64,000 nt of DNA. It comes from Candidatus Acidiferrales bacterium (lineage in GTDB: Bacteria; Acidobacteriota; Terriglobia; Acidiferrales; UBA7541). Numbering within the stretch: the stretch's first letter is position 1; every line of letters begins with the position of its first letter. Of the stretch, positions 10,555 through 20,296 are shown piece after piece. A program made the translations under genes and the position numbers. The stretch spans positions 33,916 through 97,915 of the forward strand of contig CAWBVH010000052.1 in assembly GCA_963792145.1 (NCBI GenBank), written 5' to 3'. The notes beneath the pieces are model-generated. The model ran no database searches and was not told the DNA's origin. It saw only the letters and a list, made by a program, of their open reading frames with translations.

Positions 10555-10751
10555 GGCCTCGCGAACCCACAAATCGGTAATCAGGCGGCTAAATCCAAGG
10601 TACCACGAATGTGGACGGAAATGGATGCGTGGCAGGATTTCAAGCGCAGAGCGGGCGATCGACCAGTGATCCGAGCTGGAAGTTTGTGGCGTTCCAGAAA
10701 AAAGCGTCCCGGCCACGAGGACCGGGACGCTGGGCGGAAAAGCGTAGGAAT

Positions 10752-13716
10752 TTACTGGTATTGACCCGGCAACAACAGGCGTGTGAAACCTGTGGTGTTG
10801 ACGTCGCGGAACAACGGGGTGCGCGGCGGCAGGAGGGTCGGGTTCAGGAAGCTGGTGTCAAAGTTGTAGCCGCGGCCCGGCGGGCTGTATACCACGGTGC
10901 AGCACTTGAAGGTGCCCGTGGCCTGGCGGTTGAAATAGAGGCTGACAATGGAACCACGGTAATTGAGTTGGGCGCCGCCCCAGTTCTCGATGTAGCGGAG
11001 GAAGTTGTGGACACCACCGTCGGTGCCAAAGTCATTACCAGTGCCACCGGGCTGCGGGAAGGAAAGGCCTTTGCCGGCGATGATCGCACTGCGATACCAG
11101 GACGTGTTGCCGGCACGGAAGGTCATGCTGTAAATGCCGTAATTGTTGGCCGCGCCAGCGACGTTAAGGCCTGAGAAGGAGTTAGCGTCGTTCCAAAGAT
11201 TGGACAGAAGAGTAACGGCGTCGGCGGCGATCGAAGTGGGGACACCGGGATCGTTCCAGCCACCTAAACCGGAATTGGCATTGAAATCGCCTTGGACGTA
11301 TACCGGATTCTCTATGGCAAATGTTAGACCGCAAGAGACGCCGGAAGGGCATCCTCCAACGGCAGTTAGAAGGTTGCCGTCGGTGATCTTAACCGCTCGG
11401 CGGAAGAAGAGAGGAGGATTCTCGCGTGCCGCATTGGCGTTTGTAGCATAGACCATCGGCCAGACGGCGGCCGCCCCCAGCATACCCAGGGGCAACAGTG
11501 CAAGGGGCAACCGCGACGACTGCCGTACCGAGCATGCCCACGTTGTAAAACCCATAGACGCCGTACTCGAGGGCACCCGGCGCAGGGCCCCCAAGCTTCA
11601 GAATGTGGGAATCGTCCTGGACACCATAGAGGTACTGGAGAGCCGTGCCGTCCAAGTCTTCGCCGGTATCCAGTGCGTTATTGGGACAACCCGTCGGAGC
11701 ATTGTTCGGATTGACGAAGTCGGTCCAACCATATTCGCCGGTCTCATGCTGGTTGGGAGAAAGCGGAGGCCAGTTACCCGCCCAAGTCTGGTTCTGCACG
11801 TAGTTGCCACGGCGGTCTGAGATATAAACAACAAAGTTGTTGGGCGAGTTGACGGCATCTCTTGTTAGCGCCCCACTGGCGCCAATGGCGCCACCAAACC
11901 ACCTTGCAAGGTTCTTGGCATCCAGTTCAACGTAGTGCATAACGCCATTTACGGCGGGATACAGATTTCTCACGTTGCCGGTCGTATTTGTATCGGGTGC
12001 CGTGTCGCGAAGAGTGCCCTCGCGGGGATCGAAAAGAGTGTTTGGCCAGAAGTCAGAAGGAAGCATGGTAGTTAGCGCGCCGCCACAAGGGAGTGCAGCC
12101 GACCCATTGGAAGGATTGTCTCGCACGCGTTCGAGACGAATAACCGCATTGGGATGCGGCTCCTGGCAAGGTTGATTAAGAGGTACCTGGGAGACCAAAG
12201 CGATCGATCCAGCGGCGCTGGGAACGGGAATAGGTGCGTTGAGAGCCTGTCCCAGCGCGCCTGGACCGGCCCATGGGCCGGCAGCCTGAGGATTGATGTT
12301 CTTTCCAACGTAGCCGAGTCCGAGGATTTCCAGCGTGACGTCTCTCCAAGTTCCACAAGGATTGCCGTAGGAAGTCTGTTCTTCAATCTTGATATAGCCC
12401 TTAATGATGGGTTGTTTGTAGGGCAGCCAATAGCCGTCAGCGGCCTGGTAACCAGTAGCATAGGTGCTAGCTGTTCGTGCGCCCGACCACGCCAGTGGCA
12501 GTGGAGTATAGTTGGCACCCGCTGCAGTCATATTGGCCCGGAGGGTGGTCGCGTTAGCAGTCGCCCAAAGGGCAACCGGCCCAGCCAAGTCCTGGAGGTT
12601 GAACGGTTGCTTCGAGTTATCAATACACGGAAGACCCATAATATCGCCTGGATCGTCGGACAACAGAATCTTCAAGCTTGCCTGCGCATAGTAACGCTCG
12701 GCCGTGATGTTCGCGGATTCACCGGCCTTGGGGCGGCGAATGATGTCGATGGATTGGGTGGTGCCGCCGCCGATGGTCACGATGCCAAGATTCAATTGCT
12801 TCGCACCGGTAGAGGCATTGGGGAACGTGCTGCCTTTGCCGTCGATGAGGTTGCCAGCGTAGTTGGTGGAACCAAGGGAAATAGTCCCCCAATTGGGATT
12901 GGCCCCGGAGCCAATCGTGCCAACAAGGCTGCCTTCACTCATGCCGAGAGCCCGGAAGTTGCCGGAACCCGGTGAGGTGGTGATATTCACGGTTCCGGTA
13001 TAGTTGGTCGCAGTGGGGAAACCGTTGGAAAGGTTGGTGCGGATGACGTCTTTGAAGGCGTCGACCTTGTCGGACATAGTCAGGGTTGAACCCGAGGCCA
13101 GCCAAAGATTGCCGTTGGTGTGCATACGGCCGCCAAAATTGAAGTTAGGGCCTGCGAAGAAGGCACAGTCCATGTCGCAGAAAACACCGAATTGGAACAT
13201 GGGGATGCCAACCGTCTGGGTTGTGCGGCGCAGAGTAACTTCCTTGCCATCCGTTGTCCGCGCATTCACCAGCAGGGTGTACTCGGTAGCCATGGCGGTC
13301 ATGCCTTGATACGCGCCCGATTTGATGGTGCTGATGTTGGGAGCGGGATTGCCATTGCCGTCGAGCGCCTGCGGCTGGATGGAGTAACCGCTGGAGCCGT
13401 CACCCTTCAGGAACTGAATTCCCTGCAGAACGGGAGGGGTGCTCGAGATCGCATTGATCTGACCGATACTCGGGGAATAGTTTTGCGAGAACAGATTGCC
13501 GAGATTTGCGGTCATTTTTTCCATGCCCGCTTCCGCGCCGTAGAACGCGCGGACCTGATCATTGCTGGCCCCAGAGAGCTGGATGTCCGTGTACAGCAGG
13601 ACAGTGAAGCCCACGAGCAAGCTGGACATCAGGAGGAGTAGCAGGATTGTCGTAATCAGAGCAATGCCCGCGTCGTGACGAACGCGTTTCGATCTCGCAA
13701 TCAGGTTCAAGCTCAT
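10752..13716 (-). CDS. Large PilX/K-type minor pilin (~987 aa after correcting a +1 frameshift at ~11476)
   Basis: Class-III signal HDAG|IALITTILL lacking Glu5, AFYGAEAG PilX-N motif, FQFGVF, GRMHTNGNL. C-terminus GTDGGVHNFLRYIENW...YSPP.R.YNFD...LPPRTP is in a second frame, joined by removing one base from the C5 run at 11474-11478. SD GAGGAG. Confidence 0.8.
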
Positions 13717-13729
13717 TGACAGACTCCTC

Positions 13730-14884
13730 TTAGAAATATTTATTGACATACGCCATGCTGCGCACGCTAACTTGGCTGATGAGATTGTCTCTGGTATAAA
13801 GCGTCTTGTTGCCTTGACGAACCAGGCTGTTCGAACGTGCGCCGAGGTAGATATTGACGGAACGGATCTGTGCTTCGGTGTTGGTGGCAGGAACGCTGGC
13901 CTGATTGACAGGGTTGTTTACGCCATCTACGAAGTTGTAGGTGAACTGCATGTTTTCCAAGGTTTCCCCGACCGGGCTACCGGGATTGAAATTCACGCGG
14001 CGAATCAGGCGAACGTGCGTGGTATCCGCAATGTTGTCCAGGTAATAGCTGATCATCCAGATTCGGGTGATGCTCGTTGGCGGCCAGCAATTGGCAGGCG
14101 TGGTGCAGCCCGCGTTCCTGAGCTGCAGCACAGTGCCACTGGGATCGTTGCGGCCATTTAGACCGAACGCATCACCAGTAGCAAAATTGATTACGTTTCC
14201 GGCAGCCGAGGTGACGAGCTGCAAGGCACTGCCCTTGGTGTTGCTGAACATGATGAGATCGCCGGGCGCAAGCTGCGCGCCGGATTGCACCAAGTTCGCC
14301 AAGTTGATGCATGTCGGATCGACAGTGAGGGACTGGCCATTCACGGCAATAGAGGCGTTAGGGCAGCCAGGGTCGGGCGCAAGGGGTGGCCTGTTAACCG
14401 TGACGCCATCCAGCCCCTGACTGTTATCCGCATAGAGCATGGTGATCTCATCCGTGAAACTCGCCGGATTGGAAGGATTGCCGGCGGTCGCATCCGGAGA
14501 AGTAATGAGCGGACCCAAAGCCTGGCCGGGCTCAATGGCGGGAATGACGAAATTGCATTGCGGGAAAGTGGTACCACCCCCTAAGGAAGGCCGATTCAAG
14601 GCCTGGCCCGCGTTGCAAGTCCCCGCACCATTGGGGGTATTCGGAATCGGAATACCCGTGGTTGGAATCCCTGAACCTGCCTGAATCAAGTCCTGCTGAA
14701 TGAGGTTCAGGCCAGCGCGAAGATTGTCGGTCATGTCCGAGGCGAGAGAGATTTGCTTGCTAGATTGGGAAGCATCTTTGAAAGCGCGCAGCGCAGCGTA
14801 GAGAAGCACCATGGTAACGGACATGGCGATCATCAGCTCGATGAGTGTGAATCCGGCAAGTTTGCGTTTTGTGTTGTGGCTCAT
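13730..14884 (-). CDS. PilW-like minor pilin (prepilin N-methylation motif)
   Basis: KRKLAG|FTLIELMIAM, DLIQAG, ENMQFTY, IRSVNIYL, VSVRS C-terminus. Several Cys. Confidence 0.85.
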   Translation of the reverse strand: MSHNTKRKLAGFTLIELMIAMSVTMVLLYAALRAFKDASQSSKQISLASDMTDNLRAGLNLIQQDLIQAGSGIPTTGIPIPNTPNGAGTCNAGQALNRPSLGGGTTFPQCNFVIPAIEPGQALGPLITSPDATAGNPSNPASFTDEITMLYADNSQGLDGVTVNRPPLAPDPGCPNASIAVNGQSLTVDPTCINLANLVQSGAQLAPGDLIMFSNTKGSALQLVTSAAGNVINFATGDAFGLNGRNDPSGTVLQLRNAGCTTPANCWPPTSITRIWMISYYLDNIADTTHVRLIRRVNFNPGSPVGETLENMQFTYNFVDGVNNPVNQASVPATNTEAQIRSVNIYLGARSNSLVRQGNKTLYTRDNLISQVSVRSMAYVNKYF

Positions 14885-14892
14885 AGGATTCC

Positions 14893-15448
14893 TCACGCCC
14901 ACCCTGAGATGTAGCTGACCAAGACAAATTGGGTAGTTCTTCCCTGATAGATATAGCTGACCGTGATAGTCACCTGATTTAGTTTCTGCGTGCCGTTCAC
15001 CGGAGTGATGGCGATGGTGCGGGTCATCCAGGGATTAAGGTTGATAACAGTGTCGTCGGCAGTACCGAGAATATTGTCGGCGCCGGGACCGGTGACAATC
15101 ACATTCGGGATATTGCAGTTGTCATCCGCCGGTACCAAGGACGCCGTCTGGACCCGCATCACAAAGCCGCTGGGGACCATCGAGAAACAGGCCCCCCTGG
15201 CTGACGTTGGCGATGTTGGCAAAGGTCAGCGTACCCGAGTCGCGGGCAGTAAAAATCGTTTCCATCGCTTCCTGGGCCTTCTGTTGGGCGATGAAGGACA
15301 TCTGGTTGCTATTGGAAGCTTGAATGCCTTGGGTGTAGACGGCGGCGACGGATAGGATGCCAAAGGAAAGAATGACCATGGCGATCATGGTCTCAAGGAG
15401 AGTAAATCCGCGTTCGCGTTTGTTCGATCGGATGTCGTTCATGCGCAT
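14893..15448 (-). CDS. PilV-like minor pilin; apparent +1 frameshift at ~15130
   Basis: RERG|FTLLETMIAM start. Removing one base at GGT-ACC-GGC-GGA-TGA gives GTADD and joins ORF 14893-15222 (..LNQVTITVSY..). SD AAGGAG. Confidence 0.8.
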
Positions 15449-15455
15449 CTTCTCC

Positions 15456-16058
15456 TTATTCAACCCACGCCGAGCCGGTCCAGCTGTACGGCCGGACGCG
15501 CCCAGTACCGCCAAAGATGGTCACCGCGCGGGCAGTGAAAGCCTGATTGGGAACTCCGATAAAGATCGTGCCGTTCAGAGGGGAATAGACGGAGTCCGTG
15601 AACGAGCCCGTGGAGCGGAACTTCATGATCGGTGGCCCACCGCTGACCATCGCGCCGTTACTACCGATATAGATCGGGGCACTGTTGCCGAAACCCATCG
15701 GGGTGTCGGCAACACCCTCGAGTACAAACTGTGTACTTTGAGGGAGCGCAACGCTGATCTGTGCCTGTGGTTGATCACCTGCAATGGTCACGACCTGATA
15801 GTTAATGTGTTGGACCTGGTCCGCTCCCGTGAAGGACTGGTCAAACCACACCTGGACGTCACGGCGTTCGGTGATGGCCAACTGGCGTGCCTGGCGAAGG
15901 GAGCTCACAACAACGTCCTGAGCGGTATCCGCCTTGTAGTTGGGCATCATGTTCGTGGACTTAAAAATCGCGAAGCTCATCATGACCATCATGATCCCGA
16001 TGACGACCACAGATTCCACCAGCGTGAACCCGTTCTCTTGATTCGTCGTGCGTCTCAT
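15456..16058 (-). CDS. FimT/GspH-like minor pilin
   Basis: QENG|FTLVESVVVIGI, SLRQARQLAI, F..TG, AVTIFGGTGRV motifs. First gene of the pilin operon. Confidence 0.85.
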   Translation of the reverse strand: MRRTTNQENGFTLVESVVVIGIMMVMMSFAIFKSTNMMPNYKADTAQDVVVSSLRQARQLAITERRDVQVWFDQSFTGADQVQHINYQVVTIAGDQPQAQISVALPQSTQFVLEGVADTPMGFGNSAPIYIGSNGAMVSGGPPIMKFRSTGSFTDSVYSPLNGTIFIGVPNQAFTARAVTIFGGTGRVRPYSWTGSAWVE

Positions 16059-16093
16059 AGGCAACTTCCTTTTGACCGCAAAAACCGTCTTCG

Positions 16094-16145
16094 AATAAAA
16101 GTACGGGCCGAGTCCGCGCGCTTTCTGGGCGCTTTGGACTTGCCC
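16094..16145 (-). terminator. Terminator-like hairpin in the upstream region of the pilin operon
   Basis: Minus strand GGGC-A-AGTCC-AAA-GCGC-CCAGAAA-GCGC-GC-GGACT-CG-GCCC-GTAC-TTTTATT, about 35 nt before the first pilin start. Confidence 0.35.
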
Positions 16146-16548
16146 TGGGGCCGGAAAGAGAGCAGAGACAGCGCTTTACGCCGGGTACGCCTTCTCTGCC
16201 GGTATACAGTCCTACCGTATGTGTAACGCATTGATCTGTAACGCAACAACTGGACGAAGGGACTGGTTCGGAGCAGTGGGAAGTCACCCGTCCCTAAGTT
16301 CCAGCCGGACAGTTACCATCGTTTGCGGGAAAGAACCGAGAGAAGACGCGGATCTTCGCCGAGAGATATGCGGTAAACAACTGTAAACACGGTAGATAAT
16401 GAGTATCTGGGAATTAAGGGAAGGTCAGCAGCGGGATTCGATACGACTTGTGGATGGTATGGGGCGCTTCAGGGGTTCCAATCACCATAGTACTTTGCTG
16501 TTGCTGCGGCGGCACAAATAGCGCGCTGTGCGAGGCGTTGCGGCTTCG

Positions 16549-16998
16549 TTACAAGCGCGTGTCTGTCTGGAGCGCATGTGCCTCGGCCATCGCTCTGGCA
16601 ATCTTCTTCATTGCATCGGGTAGGTTGTTTGCGAACGCAGATGCCACTTGCGACCGGTAAGCCTCCGCGTTTTCACCTTCGAGTGTGATTCGTTGCGAGA
16701 TGCGTGTTCGCCCGTCCCGTAGTGCATCGAACCGCCATTCAAAGGAAAGAACGGCTTGTGCGAGTGGCATGGCAATCGTAGCGGCACTTGGCGGACAAAC
16801 GTCCCGTAGAAACCATTCGATAGGCGGCCGATCCGGAAATCGGGTGAGGCCACGGGAACCCGCCTCAAACGGTCCTTGCAATTCGAATTCTGCAGGTGGG
16901 TCAGACCAATTGGAAACCGTCGTCCAATATTTCCACGCAAAAGCTGGACTGGCGGACGTTTCTACGCTGTGGGTGATTTCCCATGCGATGTTTGCCAT
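16549..16998 (-). CDS. SRPBCC/polyketide-cyclase-like protein
   Basis: HSVETSASPAFAWKYWTTVSNW, GPFEAGSRG, FEWRF...GRTRISQRITL, C-terminal helix. Confidence 0.7.
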   Translation of the reverse strand: MANIAWEITHSVETSASPAFAWKYWTTVSNWSDPPAEFELQGPFEAGSRGLTRFPDRPPIEWFLRDVCPPSAATIAMPLAQAVLSFEWRFDALRDGRTRISQRITLEGENAEAYRSQVASAFANNLPDAMKKIARAMAEAHALQTDTRL

Positions 16999-17070
16999 AA
17001 GCTGCCCACCCTCGAATTTTGCAGAGCGAATCGGCCGCGAATGCATGCTGGATGTCGAGCCGAGTGGCGC

Positions 17071-17334
17071 TCAGGAAAAGTCCAGTTCCAAGTCGTCGAC
17101 GTAGCACCAGCCCCAAGTCTCGCCGGGCTCGAGCGACTTCATGACCGGGTGCTTAGTGCGGTGGAAGTGCTTGGTGGCGTGTTTGTTTTTCGACGAGTCG
17201 CAGCAACCGACATGGCCGCACTCCAAGCACAACCGCAGGTGCACCCAGCTGTCACCCATCTTCAGGCACTCTTCGCAGCCCTTGGTGTGCGGAGTGACTT
17301 GCTTGATCTGGTCGAGATGCTTGCAGGATTGCAC
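17071..17334 (-). CDS. Stand-alone UBP-type zinc-finger protein
   Basis: CKH...GCEECL..GDSWVHLRLCLECGHVGCCDSS..KHATKHF...HPV..S.EPGE.WGWCY.D. SD GGAGG before GTG 17334. Confidence 0.9.
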   Translation of the reverse strand: MQSCKHLDQIKQVTPHTKGCEECLKMGDSWVHLRLCLECGHVGCCDSSKNKHATKHFHRTKHPVMKSLEPGETWGWCYVDDLELDFS

Positions 17335-17527
17335 GGTTACCCCCTCCAGGCGCATGGCCCCGGCAAACGAAATCGCGAGCCCTATGAAAAGATAGCAAAT
17401 CTGCCATTCGATGATTCTTGCCTTTTAGAAGTTACCTCCGCCGAGCGTGCGATCATGGCACTAAAATCAGCGCAATTTGCGCAATTCCATTAAACTACAT
17501 TTCCCAGGCCGGATCTTGCTGATCGAA

Positions 17528-18310
17528 ATGACCAAACTAGCGACCAATTCCCAGCAGAATTCAATCGAGTTTCGCGGCGTTTCTTTTCGCGTTAATGGAA
17601 CTTTGGGGCGGGAGATCGTCTCCCGTGTCAACCTAACCGTTCCCCACGGCGAGACTATCATTCTGCTGGGGCGAAGCGGAAGCGGTAAGACGACTCTGCT
17701 GAAGCTTATCAATGGGATGTTGTTTCCCACGGAAGGGGAAATTCTGGTTCAGCAACGCTCGACGCGGCAGTGGGACCTCATCCGACTACGACGGACGATT
17801 GGCTACGTGATTCAGGAAGCGGGATTGTTTCCCCATTTTACGGTTGCCGAAAATGTGGGCCTGGTTCCCACTCTGGAAAACTGGCCACGAGAGCGCATCG
17901 ACACACGTGTGAAAGAGCTGCTGCAACTTGTTGGCATGGAACCCACGGAGTTCGCCCACAGGCGCCCGCACGAACTCTCCGGCGGACAGCGCCAGCGCGT
18001 CGGCGTTGCGCGTGCATTGGCCGCCGATCCGCCGATTCTTTTGATGGACGAGCCGTTTGGCGCTCTGGACCCGGTCACGCGAGGGGAGCTTCAGCGCGAA
18101 TTCCGCTCTCTCGCACGCCGTCTTGAGAAAACGATTGTCTTCGTCACGCATGACCTGCGAGAGGCGCTGCTCCTGGCTTCTGAGATCGTCCTGCTGCAAT
18201 CTGGCCGCGTGGTGGCCAGCGCGCCGCCTGGCGACTTTCTTCAACTCGCGGATCCCGAAGTTCGCTCCTTCGCTGCTTCCTTAGCGTTAAGCCAGGGAGA
18301 ACCCGCGTGA
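17528..18310 (+). CDS. Osmoprotectant (glycine betaine/choline) ABC transporter ATP-binding subunit
   Basis: GRSGSGKT, IGYVIQ..GLFPH, LSGGQRQR, LLMDEPFGALDP, FVTHD. Confidence 0.9.
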   Translation: MTKLATNSQQNSIEFRGVSFRVNGTLGREIVSRVNLTVPHGETIILLGRSGSGKTTLLKLINGMLFPTEGEILVQQRSTRQWDLIRLRRTIGYVIQEAGLFPHFTVAENVGLVPTLENWPRERIDTRVKELLQLVGMEPTEFAHRRPHELSGGQRQRVGVARALAADPPILLMDEPFGALDPVTRGELQREFRSLARRLEKTIVFVTHDLREALLLASEIVLLQSGRVVASAPPGDFLQLADPEVRSFAASLALSQGEPA

Positions 18311-18939
18311 CGGCTTGGCGCTTTTTCATCGAGCATCGTGAAGAAATTCTCTCGGCAACCCTGGATCACGTGTGGCTGGTGCTGATCGCCATACTCATCG
18401 CCATAGCCATCAGCGTGCCGCTGGGAATGTTCATTGTGTACCACAAGGCCCTGCGCACGCTCGCGCTTGGTATCGCCAGCATTTTGCAGACAATTCCCAG
18501 CCTGGCCTTGTTTGGATTTCTGATTCCCATTCCGTTCATTGGAGGCATCGGCAAACGCACCGCGATTGTCGCGCTGGTTCTCTACGCGCTGCTGCCTATT
18601 CTGCGGAATACCTACGTTGGTCTGACGTCGATTGACCCGGCGATTCTTGAATCCGCCGAAGCGATGGGCATGACCCGGGGACAAATCATGTTGCGGGTGC
18701 GTTTTCCCTTGGCTCTTTCGGTGATACTCGCCGGAATTCGCACTGCCACGGTCCTCACCATCGGCGTCGCTACCATTGCCGCCGCAATTGGCGCGGGCGG
18801 ACTTGGGTCGTTCATCTTTCGAGGAGTCGCCATGGTGAATGACGCGTTGCTTCTGGCGGGAGCAATTCCTGCCGCTCTTCTTGCCATTCTTGCTGATTTT
18901 CTCCTGGGACTTATTGAACGTCGGCTGAGGGTAACGTGA
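18307..18939 (+). CDS. Osmoprotectant ABC transporter permease
   Basis: QTIPSLALFG, LLPILRNT, ESAEAMGMT (EAA loop), IGAGGLG. Confidence 0.9.
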   Translation: MTAWRFFIEHREEILSATLDHVWLVLIAILIAIAISVPLGMFIVYHKALRTLALGIASILQTIPSLALFGFLIPIPFIGGIGKRTAIVALVLYALLPILRNTYVGLTSIDPAILESAEAMGMTRGQIMLRVRFPLALSVILAGIRTATVLTIGVATIAAAIGAGGLGSFIFRGVAMVNDALLLAGAIPAALLAILADFLLGLIERRLRVT

Positions 18940-18940
18940 C

Positions 18941-19837
18941 ATGCGCCATCCCGTGCAACGGTTCAATTGCTTGTGGGTGGTGCTCAGCATCACTTGTGTA
19001 CTCTCCTCCTGCCACAAGGCGCCCGAACGAAAGATCACTATTGGTTCCAAGTTCTTCACGGAACAAGTGATTCTGGCGGAGCTTCTGGCGCAACACATTG
19101 AGGCGCGCACCGGGATTCTCGTTGATCGGAAAACAAACCTGGGCGGCACACTGCTGGTTCACAAGGCTTTGCTTGCGGGAGAGTTGGACCTATATGTCGA
19201 ATACACGGGAACCGCGCTCACTTCCGTCCTGAACGAGAGGCCCTCCGGTGACTCGTCCGCTGTCTACGCGCGCGTTAGATCGCTCTACGCCGAGCGATTT
19301 CACCTTGAGGTTACCGAACCGCTCGGGTTTGAAAACACGTTTGCGATGGTGATTCGCGGCGACGATGCTCAGCGATTTCATCTCCGCACCATGTCGGATC
19401 TCGTGCCCATCGCCCCGAAATGGCGCGTCGGCGTAGGTTACGAATTCCTGGAGAGGCCGGATGGTTTCCGGGGTTGGTCAGAGAGGTACGGACTTCACTT
19501 CGCGGACAAGCCGCGCGTGATGGACCTGGGCCTGATTTACCGCGCGCTTGTCGATCATCAGGTTGACATCGTCGCTGGAAATTCCACCGACGGGCTCATC
19601 GACTCTCTCGGCCTCGTCGCACTGCAGGACGACAAGCACTACTTCCCTCCCTACGATGCGGTGCCCATCATTCGCCAATCGACCCTCGCCCGGTTTCCGC
19701 AACTTCGCGGAGCGCTTGCGGAGCTCGCTGGCAAAATTTCAGCGTCGGACATTCGCCGCCTAAACTATGCCGTCGAAGGCCAGCTGCAAGATCCCGCAGA
19801 AGTCGTTCGTCAGTTCCGCGTGTCCCACGGATTGTAA
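18941..19837 (+). CDS. Glycine betaine/osmoprotectant ABC substrate-binding lipoprotein
   Basis: Lipobox-like LSSC, IGSKFFTEQ, DLYVEYTGT, GFENTFA, EFLERPDG, DDKHYFPPY. Confidence 0.9.
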   Translation: MRHPVQRFNCLWVVLSITCVLSSCHKAPERKITIGSKFFTEQVILAELLAQHIEARTGILVDRKTNLGGTLLVHKALLAGELDLYVEYTGTALTSVLNERPSGDSSAVYARVRSLYAERFHLEVTEPLGFENTFAMVIRGDDAQRFHLRTMSDLVPIAPKWRVGVGYEFLERPDGFRGWSERYGLHFADKPRVMDLGLIYRALVDHQVDIVAGNSTDGLIDSLGLVALQDDKHYFPPYDAVPIIRQSTLARFPQLRGALAELAGKISASDIRRLNYAVEGQLQDPAEVVRQFRVSHGL

Positions 19838-19944
19838 GAAGGTAATTGGGAGGCAGCGCGGACGCGGACCCGGCGCATCAGACAGGAAGACGGACTGTCC
19901 AAACAGCCGGTGCTGGTACTGGGAATCACGTCCCGCGAAGTAGC

Positions 19945-20233
19945 TCGGTGCTGTTCCACCGAATTGACCCGAACGTGGATGCGGAACGTGAGTTCATCGC
20001 CGGGAATCTGGCGGAGACGCGCCAACTGGCACGCGAGCAGTACGTGACCAGCGCAACGCCGGTGTTCAGGGCGCAAACGGAAGACCGGACAGCCATATTA
20101 CTCCGACAGCAGAATGCTCCTGCTGGAGTTGAATCCTGAAACCGCTCCGACGGCAGTAGGAACGCAAGTTGCTGCCAAGATACCCGTGAAAGAAACTGGT
20201 GCCACAAAGGCCGATACCGCGCCGGAAAAATAA
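19945..20233 (+). pseudogene. C-terminal remnant of an LssY-like protein
   Basis: FHRIDPNVDAEREFIAGNL, then (after a 1-base shift at ~20081) TGQPYYSDSRMLLLEL...*. No start codon or N-terminal part. Family assignment from motif memory only. Confidence 0.5.
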
Positions 20234-20296
20234 GGCCCCCCGGGAACAAGAACCACCAAAATTGCAGTGTCGGCTACAATGCTCTGCGGAGGAAAC

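Noticed and set aside
16059-16548. c-di-GMP riboswitch upstream of the pilin operon
   Set aside because: I could not find the class-I GGCAAA/GAAA tetraloop-receptor consensus; only generic hairpins.
19846-19945. Response-regulator-like fragment (RRIRQEDGLSKQPVLVL)
   Set aside because: Too short and no Asp/Lys receiver residues; cannot be supported.
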